A stretch of DNA of 64,000 nt, taken from Felis catus (lineage: Eukaryota). The notes below the pieces were generated by a model. It worked only from the letters and a program-made list of their open reading frames with translations. It had not been told where the DNA came from and searched no databases. Where the stretch lies: assembly GCF_018350175.1 (NCBI RefSeq), contig NC_058368.1, positions 123,816,001-123,880,000 of the forward strand. Reading direction: 5' to 3'. Positions 1 through 13,899 of the stretch are shown piece by piece. The translations under genes were made by a program, and so were the position numbers. Numbering within the stretch: position 1 is the stretch's first letter; each line of letters opens with the position of its first letter.

Positions 1-881
1 TATTCATCTCCATATTGGTACACTGAAGGCCCCGTGTTTCAGGGGTGGTGAGGGGGGAAATGGGCCTGTATGGGGTGGTTGGCTGGTGACACTGGAGGTT
101 GCAGTGAGACAAGTTCCCACAACTGCATGAGTAATGAAGACGTAAGCAGTTGACATCACTGAAGAAGGGCAGGGCAGAAGCAGGCAGAGGTGGTAGCCCA
201 TGAACTTTCTGGTGAGCCCAGGTGATATGCTTTCTAGTGATTTCCAGAAGGGGTAATGATGGGGACTAGAGGTGAGGAAAGACCAGGATACATGTGGATC
301 ACCAGTATCTGTATGTTAAGACAGTGTATAGCATTTTGGCTGGTCTGGCTCAGGACAACAGAGTCTAACCATTAATGAAATAAAATTTAAAAAATAACTA
401 GGTAGCTGAGGAATGAGCCAAATGGTTTTGAAACAAATGACTAAAAACACATTGTTCTTTTGGGATGACAGGTAGTCCGATAAAATAAATTTTTTTTCCA
501 CTTCAGAAGTCTTTGCTATTGTGATAACTGATGTAATAATGCTGTTTAATGGCCTTTCCTACTGTAGGTTACTATGTTGTTCTCACATTCAGGAACTTTC
601 CATTGCTTCAGAGGTGAACTTTCCCAGTGTTCTGTCTCATGACATTTGAGGTTATAGATGAAAAGGTAATTAGTGGTCAATGGCAGGAAAAGTAAGCAGC
701 TAATACAATGTGTAATGATAAAACAAAACAAAACAAAACAAAAATGAACAACCTCAGTTGGATCCAAAGATGTTGAGTTAACATAAAGCCAATGCAACAG
801 AACCTGTGAGGATAGCCACACCTTGGGGTTCTCCCATCTCATAAGGAAGCTGAAGGATGAATCCACAAATGCTACCTATTC

Positions 882-1095
882 TTTTTTTTAAAGATTTTTT
901 TTTTTATTTGTTTAGAGAGGAGGGGAGAGTGGGTGAAAGGCAGAGAGAGAGAGAGGGAGAGAGAGAATCCTAAGCAGGCTCAGCACTGTCAGTGCAAAGC
1001 CCAACACGGGGCTCGATCTCATGAACTGTGAGATCATGACCTGAGCTGAAATCAAAAGTCTGATGCTGAACCGACTGAACTGACCCGATGCTCCC
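882..1095 (-). mobile_element. Can-SINE
   Basis: Antisense tRNA-like head, (GA)n and poly-T. TSD aaatgctacct/aaatgttacct. Confidence 0.9.
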
Positions 1096-2974
1096 GTAAA
1101 TGTTACCTTTTCAACCTCATGGAAATGAAACCATGCGATCAGACCTCTATTTTTCCAACAGGATGAAACACATTAAGTTCAGGCTAATGCTCTTTTTTGA
1201 AGAAATCATAAGTTATCATTAGACTCTTTTTCCATCAAAGAATAGTTTCCAGACTTCTAAGAAAGAAATATAACAGATCTCACCTGTTCTTGGTATGTGT
1301 TGAAGCATAAAAACAGGTCAAGGAGTGGTGGGGAGGTGTTTGTAAAATACCCAAGAAGGCATGGTTGGAGAAGATGCCATCTTCCCTCTGTGTGTGGAGA
1401 AGAAAGATCAAAGCAATGGTTTTCAAACTGTGGATTTGGTGGAGCACTAACTATCCTGAAATTATCCTGAGGTGACAGGAGGAGCCACATAGGTCCAATC
1501 AGACTGGCTGAGTTTTGAAATCTTTTGTATATTGGCTCTTGTTTAATATTTATATTTGAACATAGGGATTTGCTTCTCAAAGAAAGAGAGGAAGAGCACG
1601 AGAGAGTGAAAGAGAAAGAGATTGAGAGTGAGAGTGAAATACACTGGGGTTTGCTTAACTCTACTTCTGCAAATGTTATGGTTTCTCAGGAGGAGGCTTC
1701 GCCTGGCTGGATCCTGTGTGTTAATCACATTTGTAGCAGACTCTGTTGCTGTTTTCCTTACTCACACCGGGAATTCATCTATTCCTGGATCCCAACAGAT
1801 GGTCTTGGCACTGCTTGTCATGGCTGCTTTGTGACTGAGCTGAGCTGCATGGTGGAAACAGCAGAGCCCTTGGCTGGGTCTGTCCCACCAACCCCTGGCT
1901 GACCTCTCATGGTGTACAACTCCACGTAGAGGGGAAGAAAACTCAGGAGCCTCACACAGGGGGCAGTTGAACTGCTGGTCCTGTCCAGAATTTGAGCAGC
2001 TCTGCTCAGGACAGCTGAGATTACATGAGAGTCAAGAAGAAGTCAGCCATTCCTTTAAGGGCCATAAACTTAACAGAAATGCCAAAAGATGACAGCTAGA
2101 GGGAGGGCTTGAATGTTGGGTCACTTTAGCACTTAGCTCCCTGACCTTTGGAAACAACATGTGAAACAACGTGGACACTACTGAGTCCAAAACCAGCTTT
2201 GATATTTGGCTGGCGTTTTTTTTTGTTGTTGTTGTTGTTGTTGTTTTGTTTTTTTGCTTTTTATTTGTTGTTTTGCATCTTTATACTCAGTCATTTTAAG
2301 ACACTGTAGAGAGTCTTCTAATGTTTTCCATACATCATAATGGCATAAAACCAGGAGAGGTACAGGGACAGCTAGCAAGAATTACAAATAAAGAATAGAA
2401 GAAAGATATAGAAAAAAAGGAAATTAGGGTGACATCTGTGAGCTTAATCAGTAACTTAATCTGGCAATGTAAAATTTAACCAGTTAAGAGAAAAGAGAAC
2501 CATTTATTCCCTGATGAACTCCTGATGAGCCCCAACCCTCACCTCAGGCGGGCTTTTGGCCTCCTTGGCCAACAGGCAGACGTGTCAGTTCCTGCTGGCC
2601 TTGATCCTGTCTGGCCTCTGGAACAACAGCCAACCATCGATCATTCAGCATTTCTCAGTCCTGAGCCTCTGAAGGCTACACGTGGCATTATTGGGAGTTC
2701 TTGGCTTGTTAGTAGGCCTGGAATTTGTCTGCTGCACCCACATCTGGTCCCCAGATGGTAGGGCTGACCCAAAGCTTCCAGGTGTGCACTAAGCTGCAGG
2801 TCCCATGTTTGTTGCCAGTTTGGCAGCTTAGAATTTTGCCTGATTTTCACTGGGACTAGGAATCTGGTCCAGAAGCAGTCTGGAGTTGCCATATCTCTCC
2901 TGGCTCCTGCCAAGTCTGCTCAACCGTCTTATCCCCTCTTACAGTCGTTCACCCCACATCAGGCTACACTCAAA

Positions 2975-3360
2975 TTCTACACTTGTGATTTTGCAAAATT
3001 TCAACAGCAAAGCTGAGTAGACAGTACAACGAATGGCCACATACCCTTCACTTAGACTTACTAATTGTTAGCAGATTACCATATTTGTTTTCCCTTCTTT
3101 CTCTTTCTACACACACACACACATAGCATTATTGTCCCACTAATGTCCTTTATGGCTATATTGTTTTCAATTCAGGATTCAATCAAGGATCATGCATTGC
3201 ATTTAGTTGTCATGTCTCTTTAGCTTTCTTTGATCTAAAACAGCTCCCTTACATTTTAAAACATCTTTCTTGACGTCAGTATTTTTGAAGAGTCCAGGAT
3301 GACTGTTTTGTAGAATGTCCAGTTTGGATGTCTCGTGATCTCCTCCAGATTAGATGCAGT
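2975..3360 (-). mobile_element. L1MC-type 3' UTR fragment
   Basis: caggattcaatcaaggatcatgcattgcatttagttgtcatgtctctttag is typical of L1MC4/5 3' ends. Confidence 0.65.
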
Positions 3361-5344
3361 GGGACCACAAGGATGGCCTTTTTCCCTTCCTTGCACTGCT
3401 GCACATGCAGCATTTTGGGCAGAAATATCCTATAGATATGACTGCCTCTTGGGTATGGGCTGTGCCCAATGTCCACTTATCTTCCTCTGCACATCACTGC
3501 ACAGTGACCATCTTCCCCCCACCCCAAGCAGAAGGCAGAACTATAAGGGTGGCCAAGAAGTTTGGGCTGGGCAGATTTGCCTGGGCTCCCAAGGGCCTGG
3601 CAGGGAGCTGCCACCAGACACTATTCTGACAGTTCAGTCAGACTGGCTTGGTTCAGAAGGGAAACAGCTAGACTTTCCCTTTTGGATCTCACTTTTAATT
3701 GTCACAGATGAACTCCCAGATACACTGGGGTCTTAGAACTCTGTCATAGTCTAGTGGTAGGCCAAGAGGAAACAAACAGGGAAGAATTTCTACAGAAGTC
3801 ACATCTGAAAGGCTTTATAGGCCCAAAGGCTTTGGTGTATAACCTTCAGAAGGTGGATAGAACTTCTGGACTCAAGCAGAATCTGTAGGAAAAGGGACTA
3901 TCATGCTGGGTTTCAGAGAGAGACCGGAAGGACCAGAAGGAATGGAGACTGGATGTCTGGTTGAGTACAAGGACTTGGCAGATATCCATGCTCTGCATTA
4001 GCAAGGAAGCCAAGTTCCTCTTTGGAAAGGAAGCACACGTACTGTAAGTTCAAAAAGCCAAAGTCAAAGTGAAAACCCAAATCCAGAACCTTCATTGATT
4101 GGAGGACACCTTGGACTAGGAGTTCCTACAGGGTAGGAAGCCTTTCCTACCGTTTTGATTGAGCACTGTGCTTGGTGGATGAGAGATACCCAACCCTTGC
4201 TGTTGAAAAAAATGAATGGATGGATAAATAAGTAGATATTATTTCTAAAGAAGTAGGACCACATTTAGTATTCAAGAGTTCAATTTAATTGGGAGGATCT
4301 GAGAGTCAACATCTGAGGATATAGATGGGGAGAGATGGCAGAACATAGCATTTTGGGATACTTAAATCAAGGATAACCCGGTTGGAAAATGGGGTTGAAG
4401 CACAGTAAGTTGCTGAATGTATTATAATTTGTTCTCAATCCACCTAACTCCAGACTTTTCTTTTGTGATGAGCTCATTGGTGTCCTAGTTTTCTGCATGC
4501 AGACATCTCTTGTCTGACCCCTACAGAGCCAGAAACGTGCCTACCCCATCAGGGACACGTTCTGCCTCCACGAAGCTGGGAAAGGGGCCACCAGGATGAT
4601 TATTTTTCCTCCCCTGCCCTGCTGCATGTGGTAGAAACAGAAGGTAGGATGTGGACACACTTATAATATCCAGCTATAAAGCGTCATCCAAAGCTCGCTG
4701 TCTAACATCATAAAAGCTGGGAAGAAAGTCCAGAAGTAGAGATGGAGAAATGCCATGGAAAGAAAGCCCAGGAAGCTCCTAATAAAACACAGATTAGACG
4801 TAAAGTTTTGGCACTTTATTAAGACAAGCAGGATAGCGAGCGTTCAGTGACAGAGCACTCAGCATCTGGAGTGCTAGAAGCTTCCAGCAAGATCTGCTAG
4901 ACTGATAAAATGGCTCTGGAAGATCTCGTAATGGTTATAAGCACTGTGAAGGGGTAAAAAAAGCCTTGTCAGGTGATTCAGAAGAAAAGTATTTTTAAGT
5001 TGAGAGGAGTGCAATTGTATTACCATCCCCACATTTAGAGATGAATAAAAAAGGCACAAAGAAAGGAAGTGGGCTGTTCCTGGGCCTCCCATAACTACAG
5101 TCCAGCTCAGCTTCCTTATATAGGTTTCTTTTTACACCCAGGCTCTCAGTTTAGGTTTCTAAAACTCATGGTTTTTATTTACAGGTCAAGCAAAACCTAA
5201 TTTTTCTAAATGCTCACTGAAGACAATCCTGGTAAGACCCTAACTTGTGTTATGACCATGTCTAGTGCTCCCTCCATCCTATCTTCCTGTCTAAGTTCCT
5301 TTAAAAAGGTGGGTGACCTCTTCATTTCTATAAGCTTTCCCAAC

Positions 5345-5510
5345 TTTCTTCTCTTTCCTCCTTCCCTCTCTCCCTCCATCTTTCCCTCCCTCCCTTCTGT
5401 CCTTTTATTTTCTTTTCCTTCCTTCTTTCCTTCCTTCCTTCCTTCCTTCCTTCCTTCCTTCCTTCCTTCCTTCCTTCCTTCCTTCCTTCTCTCTCCCTTT
5501 TTCCCTTTCT

Positions 5511-5574
<64 letters not shown>

Positions 5575-5575
5575 T
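5345..5575. repeat. Compound (CCTT)n/(CTTT)n polypyrimidine microsatellite
   Basis: Read directly from sequence. Confidence 0.95.
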
Positions 5576-6140
5576 CGCCATGCGTCAGTACAGCTGAGCC
5601 CTCCTGATCCCTGTTGGCCTCACAACCCAACTCCAGTTCTGTCCTTTTACTGGGGAGCTGATGTCAGCCTGGCTGGATTATAGCCTGGCAACCGTTCTGT
5701 TGCTAATGAATTGGCAGGGAGAACAAAACACTGCAGCTCTCCTGGAACTATTTTGTCATCTATAGTTGGAGCACAGAAGACCTCTGGATTTGGAAAAGAA
5801 CAAATGTCATTGAGTCTGCTCATTTGCCTTAGGATGTCAGGACCCACAGTTTACCACACCCTGAGTGTTGCTCTGATTATAGAACTCATGCAAATGACAA
5901 AAGGTTAAAGGAAAACTCCACCCTTGCAGCATTTCCCCACTCATTTCCCGCCCTCCTGGCAGTCCTGGGTCAGGAAAATTCTTATATTTATAGTCCTGTG
6001 AATGAAGGGCTAGTGGGGGGTGGGTAGGTTTGGCAGCTTCCTAAGGGCTGAATTTTGGAAAGCTGGGATTGAAAGAGCCCTTAAAAACATTAAGGCCAAA
6101 ATTCTCCTCCAGAGAAACTGAAGCCAGAATGGCTGCCTGG

Positions 6141-6538
6141 TGGTGGGTTGAATTGTGTCTCCCCAAAATTCACACTCAGAACCTCAGAATGTTACCTTAT
6201 TTGGAGATAGGGTTTTAACAGAGGTATAAGTTAAAATGAGGTCACTGGGGTGGGTCTTAATCCAATATGCCTGGCATCCTGGCATATTGGATTAAGGAGA
6301 AGGAGAAATTTGGACCCAGAGACACATTCAGGGAGAAGGGCATGTGAACAGGAAGATGGCCATCTACAAGCCAAAGAGAGAGGCCGTGAACAGATCATGG
6401 CCTCAGGAGGAAACAATCCTGCTGACACTTTGATTTCAGACTTCTAGCTTCCACAACTATGAGACAATAATACATTTCTGTTGTTTAAGCCGCCCAGTTT
6501 GTGCTACTTTGTTAGAGCAGCCCCAGCAAACTATCACA
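6141..6538 (+). mobile_element. ERVL-MaLR solo LTR (MLT1B-like)
   Basis: TG...CA ends, 5-bp TSD cctgg (6136-6140, 6539-6543), and typical MLT1 text (cctcagaatg, ttgtttaagcc.cccagtttgtg). Confidence 0.88.
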
Positions 6539-8205
6539 CCTGGAATCTTAGTTCTAGAATGGCCATGTCAGGTGGGTTTCCTGACCCTCTTGCCCAAAAC
6601 ACAATGCCCCCTAGACTAGAGATACACTATGAAATTACCATTTACAGAAAACAAGAGTACTCAGGCAGGAATGTTTATCTAAGAATTTGAAGAGCAATAT
6701 CTCTGATCTTCCGTGCTGGGATCAATAGAGGGAGGAAGATGTTCCCTACCAACCTCCATCCTACTCAGTTTAAAAGGCTGTCCCCATGTAATTCATTTCC
6801 CCAGAGCCCATGGAGATAGGGATTCTCTTTTTATATAATTGTCTCAATCTCTTTAAAAAATTGTCCAGCCTTTGTTTTTTTGTGAGAACATCCTTAGCTT
6901 AGCCACTCTCCTCTTCTCTTATGTACAAAGTTGTGTTCCTTATTTCTTATTAATGGTAACTTTGGTCTCTATCAATTTAAAATTAAGAAGTGGCTTGAAT
7001 TTCATTTTTATGCAGGTAAACCATGGCACTTTGTTACTGGGGGACTTCCTTTGAAGAATGGAGTGATACAGATAACTTCTCCCAGTAGTATGACTGACCT
7101 CATTGGAGTTAAAGCAATATGATCAACAATAAAAATAGCCTGTACTATTAAAGCAGGTTCTTTTCCAAGTGATAGCCCCCTAAAGGGGGCATTAGGAGAT
7201 TAGGGATTGACTGAGGACACGAGAAGACTCTATTCTCCCTTATGTCTAGGTGCTGAGGGAGAGGCAGGTAGAGTAAAGCAATTATACTATTTGGGGAAAG
7301 CTTAGGAACATCACAGAGAAATCCTGGCAGACATGTGAAGAACACAAGGACAACCACTGAGCATGAGGGAGTAGCCAGTTAGCTCCATTCTGTGAGAAAT
7401 CTGTACCTCTGCTACCACCCCAAAATTCATTAGTTGGGCTGGCCTATGATGTCAGGAACCAGCCATTACACTGGCTTTACAATATGGCTAGTTTGTATAA
7501 ACCCCTGCATCACAGAAAATGTATACCCAATTGGATTTGTGATCAGTGGTTCCCAGATTTTAGGGTTTCATGAACCATCCCCACCCCCCACCCCCAAAAA
7601 GAGGGGCACTGGCAAATGGTTGGCAGCTTTTAATTCAGCCAAATAAAAATATTATATAAAGATAGTATCTTCTATCCACATCATTTCATCATGTTGTTCA
7701 TGAATATTTTAACAATTTTTTAAATTAAAGGATAAAATCTGTTCTTAAGAACAGTGACAGTCTTTCCCTCAAACGACATTTGGCAATCATGAGTGACATA
7801 ATTTTTGGAAAAAATGATATATTTATAAACTTATTTTCAAATGGAGAAATCACAACATAGTATTTTATTTATCACTGCTGCCTCTGATACTGTTCCTGGT
7901 GCTTGAGCCTGGTGCTTGAGCCTGGCATCTGTCCCTGGGCCCTGGGGAGCTCTCTGAGCAAGCCCAGCATGCTCCCGCTTTAGCTGGATGGCAGGTATGA
8001 CAGGGTTCCCTGCCTTGAGATTCACCTCCTCCCTTTTGTAGCTCCCTTGCTTCTGCAAAAACAGATGCCCTTCCCAGAAGGCTTTGCTTCTCTTTAGAGA
8101 GTGGAGAACTAAAATTTTTATTACTTAATAGGGGTTCCTTATAATATTTTGTTAGCTAATATTAGTCCTCAAAAGGCTGTGTCATTCCCCACTACCAAGG
8201 TGATG

Positions 8206-8635
8206 TGTCCTCCTTAGTTTGGGTTCTCTGAGAAGCAGAGTCTGATACAAGAATTGGAGTTCGAGTAGGCTATTTGGAAGGGGATCTTGTTAGGTTTTTT
8301 GGTTAAATAGGTTATTTGGACTGGGGATTTGAGACAGGGAAGAAAAACAGCCTATAGAGAGAAAGCATAAATGAGCCCACTACCACTGGGGCAGCTGGGA
8401 GACTCCTAGGAGACTGCAAAGACTACCTCTTGGAGTGTTGCAGGACAATTCTCATCTGTTGCTGGGTGAGTTCTTTTCCTGAAGCCATCGCCCAGCACTT
8501 GCCACCAGCCCTGTGCATAAGCCACATGAGCTCCTGTAGCCAGAGTGTCTTCAGGCAGAGCCACAGAAGCCACCTGCTTTTATGATAACAAGTAGTGCTA
8601 GAGGATGTGGGTGAGCACCAAAGTCATCTGCTGTA
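8206..8635 (-). mobile_element. ERVL solo LTR (LTR16/LTR33-like)
   Basis: tagtttgggttctctgagaagcagagtctgatacaagaattggagt...catctgctgta. Confidence 0.6.
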
Positions 8636-8909
8636 CCCCCTCTGCAACCTCTCAAGTCTTGATACGAAATCATATCACTGACTTTTCCCTTCAATATAGA
8701 AAGTAGCAAGACCTGTGACATTCCTCAGACACTAAAGGAAAAAGGAAGGGCCTTCTTCCCCAAAGAGCCACATCTTATTTTTCCTCCTCCAGTAATCTTC
8801 ATCTCCCATTTATGGGCAAGGCCACTGATAGACATCATGGCAATAAAATGTTTACACTTAAGACAAAAATCTCCCACTACTACCATGAGACTTTTATTAA
8901 CAATGACCT

Positions 8910-9110
8910 AGGAGTATCTGGGTGGCTTAGCTGGTTAAGCATCCAACTTCAGCTCGGGTCATGATCTCATGGTCTGTGAGTTTGAGCCCTGCATTGGACT
9001 CTGTGCTGCCAGCTCAGAACCTGGAGCCTGCTTCAGATTCTGTGTCTCCCTCACTCTCTGCCCTTCCCCCATTCACACCCTCTCTCTCTCTCAAAAATAA
9101 ACATTACAAA

Positions 9111-9149
<39 letters not shown>

Positions 9150-9150
9150 A
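8910..9150 (+). mobile_element. Can-SINE with (TAAA)n tail
   Basis: gggtggcttagctggttaagc head, (CT)n, (TAAA)10. Confidence 0.9.
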
Positions 9151-10309
9151 CTTAGACCAGAGATGGTAAACGGACTCCACCAGTGTGTCAACTCCCGTCA
9201 ATTGGTAGTGGCTGCCCAGAGCACTCTACTGAGATTTCTAAATCTTGGGGAGAAACAGTAGGTTGATTATGGATTAGGTAGGTACCAATCCATAAGGGGT
9301 ATTAAAAAAAAAAAAAAAGTCATTGGAAAACTTCAAAGCTCCAAACCTAATTAAGTGGAGAAAACTGCATTTCCAATGTCCTTTCAGAAGCATACTATAT
9401 GTGTATATATGTGATTGAAAGGAATATTTTTATAAGATCCTTGGAGACTGTGCGTGAGGGACACAAAAGGCAGCTTGCTCTAGGCATGTCTTAGGTGTAT
9501 CTGTTGGACGGGGCATGGGGCAATCTAGGTTCTTTTGTTGACATGGAAGGAAAAAAATTACTGTAGGCAAAATTACACTTACAGGTCTTTAAAAATATTC
9601 TAAAGTCCATAGTATCTGGGCCCTCTGAAAGTTATAAGCCTGTATAGTTAAATCCTGGAATGCGTACGTGATCCAACTCTGATGTAACAGCACATGGCCC
9701 CTATGTAGCCTTCAGAAGTGGTCACAGGGGACAGATCTGGTAGGTTGCAAACGTTTACTTTGCTGTGGATTGTGTAGTGGTTAAATTTGGCTGCCATCCT
9801 TACTCTTCACATGCTTCAGGTGCTCTGCTCCTCTCATATTAAATATTGACAAAATGATTAAGTTAGGCCCCTACCTCACAAAATACATGAAGGCATGTAT
9901 TTCAGATAGATGTCAGATAGATTAATGAGCTAAACGTAAAAGATGAAAATTATTGTTTTTTTTTCTCAAGACCAAAATGATTTTTAAAACTTAAAAGTCT
10001 GATAACATCCAGTGTTGGCAAAGATGTGCAGTCATGGGTACAATTTCAAAGAACTATTTCTATTAAAATTTTGACTTCACTTCTGATTATCTATCAGGTA
10101 AAAATACTCACGCATTGTACAAGGTTATTCACTGCAGCATTGTTTCTAATAGTGAAAAACTGGAACAAAATATTCTTCAAAGAAAAAATAATCCCCAAAG
10201 AAAAATGGCTAAATAAATTAAGGTGCATTCCTAGAGGTACACAGTTTTTAAAAAAAGAATGAATTTGTACATATTGACATGGAAATAACTCTAAGACATA
10301 TAACACTCA

Positions 10310-10390
10310 TTTCAATTTAATTTCTTCATCTGTAAGATGGGGAGACTGAACTAAAAAATCTCTATGATTCCTTATAATTTACTTCTAAAA
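10310..10390 (+). mobile_element. MIR fragment
   Basis: Core tttcttcatctgtaagatgggga. Confidence 0.5.
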
Positions 10391-11865
10391 AGGGAAGTAT
10401 GTCATATAGCTCAAGACTTTGTGGACTTAAAAAAATAAAATTGTCCCTTTTTCGTTTTTTTTTTGTTGGAAAAATCTGAAATTCATAAAACCAATAACTC
10501 CCTCTACTTTTTCTCCTTCTCAAGGTTAAATCTACTTTATTTCTCAATTCAGAGGACCAAAACGTCTTGGATCCTAAAAGCAAATAAGGAAACTCTGAAG
10601 GTAGATATCAAAAGTCTTATTAAGAAAAAAAAACAAACCTGAATGCATGGGTTTCAAAGATAATATACTGCAGAGCCGGCAATTAAATGAATCATTCTCT
10701 AAACTCTCTGTACAATACTGGTAAAATCTATCAGCAGTGATCTGCTCAGCCAGAAAAGGGCTGTGTTTGTATCCGGGAAGAGAGGCTTAAGAAGAGGCTC
10801 CTCATGAATGACTAGGATGTCCTGGTTCCAATTAGAGGGGATTCCAAATATACATCAGTCAAAAAGCAATCTCCTAGGAACTGATAAATTTGGTAAAATG
10901 AAAGGATTTCCATTTTAAACAAACAGGAAAGATAACTTAAGGAAGCAGAAGTTTCGTTTCCATTTTGACTATATTTCCATAACCACTTGAGAACCCAGAG
11001 TTCCTTTGTTGCACAAGTAAAAAATTTGCTTAACCTTTCTGGGCCCTAGTCTTCCCCATATGGAAAACAGGTATGGAACTTTTGACTCATCTTTCAGGGT
11101 TACTTTTGAAGAAAGGTGAATGCTAGAAAAGCCTTTTGGAAACAGAAGAGAACACATCAATCTCTGAGGGAAAACCAGGACATAGAGCATAACAATAAAT
11201 TATCCACTGGCTAAGAAAGTCCTGGATCCAATATAGACAATCATTTTGGTTCTTATTTACAGCCCCAAAGGCCTCTGAAGCTCATTAGGGTCTGGAATTA
11301 CTTCATACACTGGGCTGGAAATTTCAAAGGAAAATTTCAAGAAATTTTAAAGGAAACTTCCAAATACACTAGCTGCTTTGCTCTTCATGAGATGTTAACT
11401 GGACCATTTACTCTTTAAAATCAGGCTGAATTTTGCACTGGCAGAGTCAAATTCTGCCTCTATCTCTGAGCAACTCTTGCTGTTGTCAATGCAGCTCTGT
11501 GTGTGGACAGGAGAAGAGAATATGTATGGCCCATTGTCCTACCAGATGCAAATTATGGTCCCGATTCAACAAAAAAACATCTGTACTCTACGCAGGGAAA
11601 ATAAGTAGAATCTCTGAAGCCAGACTGATCTTTTGTGGCATGGCATCCTGGCTCTTGCAGAAATTTACGTTGTGGCTTATGATTAGCAAGCAAAAAAAAA
11701 AAAAAAAGAGAGAGAGAGAGAGCAAGGGAGAGAGTGCAAAAATGCATATGCACGCAAGAAAAGGATGCTGAAACTGACTTGATTTATAATTATTCTCAGT
11801 TTTGAGGCCCATGCTAAGGATAAAATATCTATTAAATTTTACTCAGAATAAACTGATAGGTTTTT

Positions 11866-12101
11866 GTTTAAAAATTTTTTTTTAATGTTTGTCTATTCAC
11901 TTTTGAGAGTGAGAGAGAGAGAGAGACAGAGAGCACAAGCTGGGGAAGGGTAGAGAGAGAGAGGGAGACACAGAATCCACAGCAGGCTCCAGGCTCTGAG
12001 CTGTCAGCACAGATTCCAACGTGGGGCTCAAACCCACAAACCACGAGATCCTGACCTGAGCCAAAGTTAGACACTTAACATTCTGAGCCACCCAGGTGCC
12101 C
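11866..12101 (-). mobile_element. Can-SINE
   Basis: TSD taaactgatag. Confidence 0.9.
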
Positions 12102-12423
12102 TATAAACTAAACTGATAGTTTTTTGAAAAAGAAAAGATTTTAAGTCAGAAATTTTTATTTGTATTACATGGCTGTACATGACAAAGTTGGTGCTTCATT
12201 CTATTTTTCTCTCTGGACCTTTGGGAAACCAAAACCCAATAAAAAGCAGTATCCACAATACAAGTGATTTTATTATCTGTAGTTACTGATGATTGTTTCA
12301 CAGATGGTATGGATGACTGAAATAAAGTGTTGCTGGATTCCATGTAGGTTACACCCTTCAAATAATAAAATATATTTGATCTGCACCTATTTGTATAGAA
12401 TATCTTAATATTAATCTATTAAA

Positions 12424-12984
12424 GCAGTGCCTGGCTGGCTCAGTCAGTGGAGCATGCAACCCTTGATCGTGGGGATGTGAGTTCAAGCCCCATGTTGAGT
12501 GTAGAGATTACTTAAAAATAAAATCTTTAAGGGGCGGCTGGGTTGCTCAGCCTGTTAAGCATCTGACTCTTGATTTCGGTTCAGGACAGGGTCTCATGTT
12601 CATGAGTTCCAGCCCCACATCAGGCTCCATGCTGTCAGTGTGGAGCCAGCTTGAGATTCTCTCTCTCCCTGTCTCTGCCCTGTCCTGCTCGCATGTGCTT
12701 TCTCTCTCTCCCTCTCAAAATAAATAAACTTAAAAAAAAATCTTTAAAAAATATATATTAATCTAGGGGTCTGTGGATGGTTCAGTTGGTTAAGCATCCT
12801 ACTCTTGATATCAGCTCAGGTCGTGATCTTGCAGTTGTGATCTCATGGTCACGAGATAGAGCTCTGCATTGGGCTCTGTGCTGAGCATGGAGCCTGCTTG
12901 CAATTTTCTCTCTCCCCACCCTCTCTCTGTCGCTCCCCTGCTCCCTCTCTCTCTCTCAAAATAAATAAATAAACATTACAAAAA
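12424..12984 (+). mobile_element. Three nested same-strand Can-SINEs starting at 12424, 12531 and 12766
   Basis: Three tRNA-like heads. Repeated target sites aaatctttaa and attaatcta. Confidence 0.88.
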
Positions 12985-13899
12985 TTAATCTATTCAAGTT
13001 TTCAGTTTTTTGTGCTCCTACCTGCCTCCCATTCGCTGGGAGAGAGCTATAACAATAAGCAATTTCCACACAGTTGAGGAGTACTAAAGAAGGTGGTTTG
13101 GCTGTTCTGGGTGCCTTACTGAGCCGAGTTAACTAGGTCAGGGTTGAGAACCACTGGAACCCCTCCAAACCTTAACATTTATTTGAGAGAATCTCCTTGA
13201 GTTAACTTGATAAACTGAAATGATTTCTGCAGCAGGCTAAATCTGATTAACCATAGAACATTACTCATACTCCAGCTATCAGGCAAAAAGTCATGAGAAA
13301 CAAAGGAACCAAGAGAGCTATATTAAAAAGGACCTAGAAAAACAACAATATACCTTTACCAAGATTTCAAATCAGGATTCAGAGTAGGAGGATATCTGAG
13401 ATGATTTAGACTTGGCTTTTACATAATAAACAATTTAAGGAAACCTCAAAATGACCAGTAAATGTTCAGAAAACAATCTCACTTGTCATCAGAGAGGCTC
13501 TGAGCATCCCATGAGAGATTTGTTGCCTAAACTTGACCCCACGAGTTTGCCTTTTGGGCTCATTTGAGGCCTGGGAGGTGCTGAGCCCAATGGACAGGAG
13601 TTAGAATTGCTTTCTTCCTGCTGTGCCTTGAACAATGGCCTGACCAGAAATCCATTCATGTACCTCATTCTAGGTCCCAGGGCTGCCTGGTCTGTGTAAG
13701 CTGTTCCAGTTGGGCCTCATCCCTCAGGGTTTCAGAGATGCTATCTGCTGGTTCTGCCATTATATGACATCTTGTTTCCCTAACACCCAAGTTCAGTAGC
13801 ACCTTGGATATTCATAGCTTTAGGGAATTCCTGGAAAACTGGCAGAAAAAGGAGGGGAAATGATGTGCTACCTGCTGCTGTGGTTTGTAGGTTGGTGAG

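Noticed and set aside
1525..1902. 125-aa ORF and overlapping ORFs
   Set aside because: No recognisable protein, alternative start codon, GA-rich low complexity and no supported splice structure.
5210..5683. 157-aa and 100-aa low-complexity ORFs
   Set aside because: They are translations of the (CCTT)n/(CTTT)n microsatellite.
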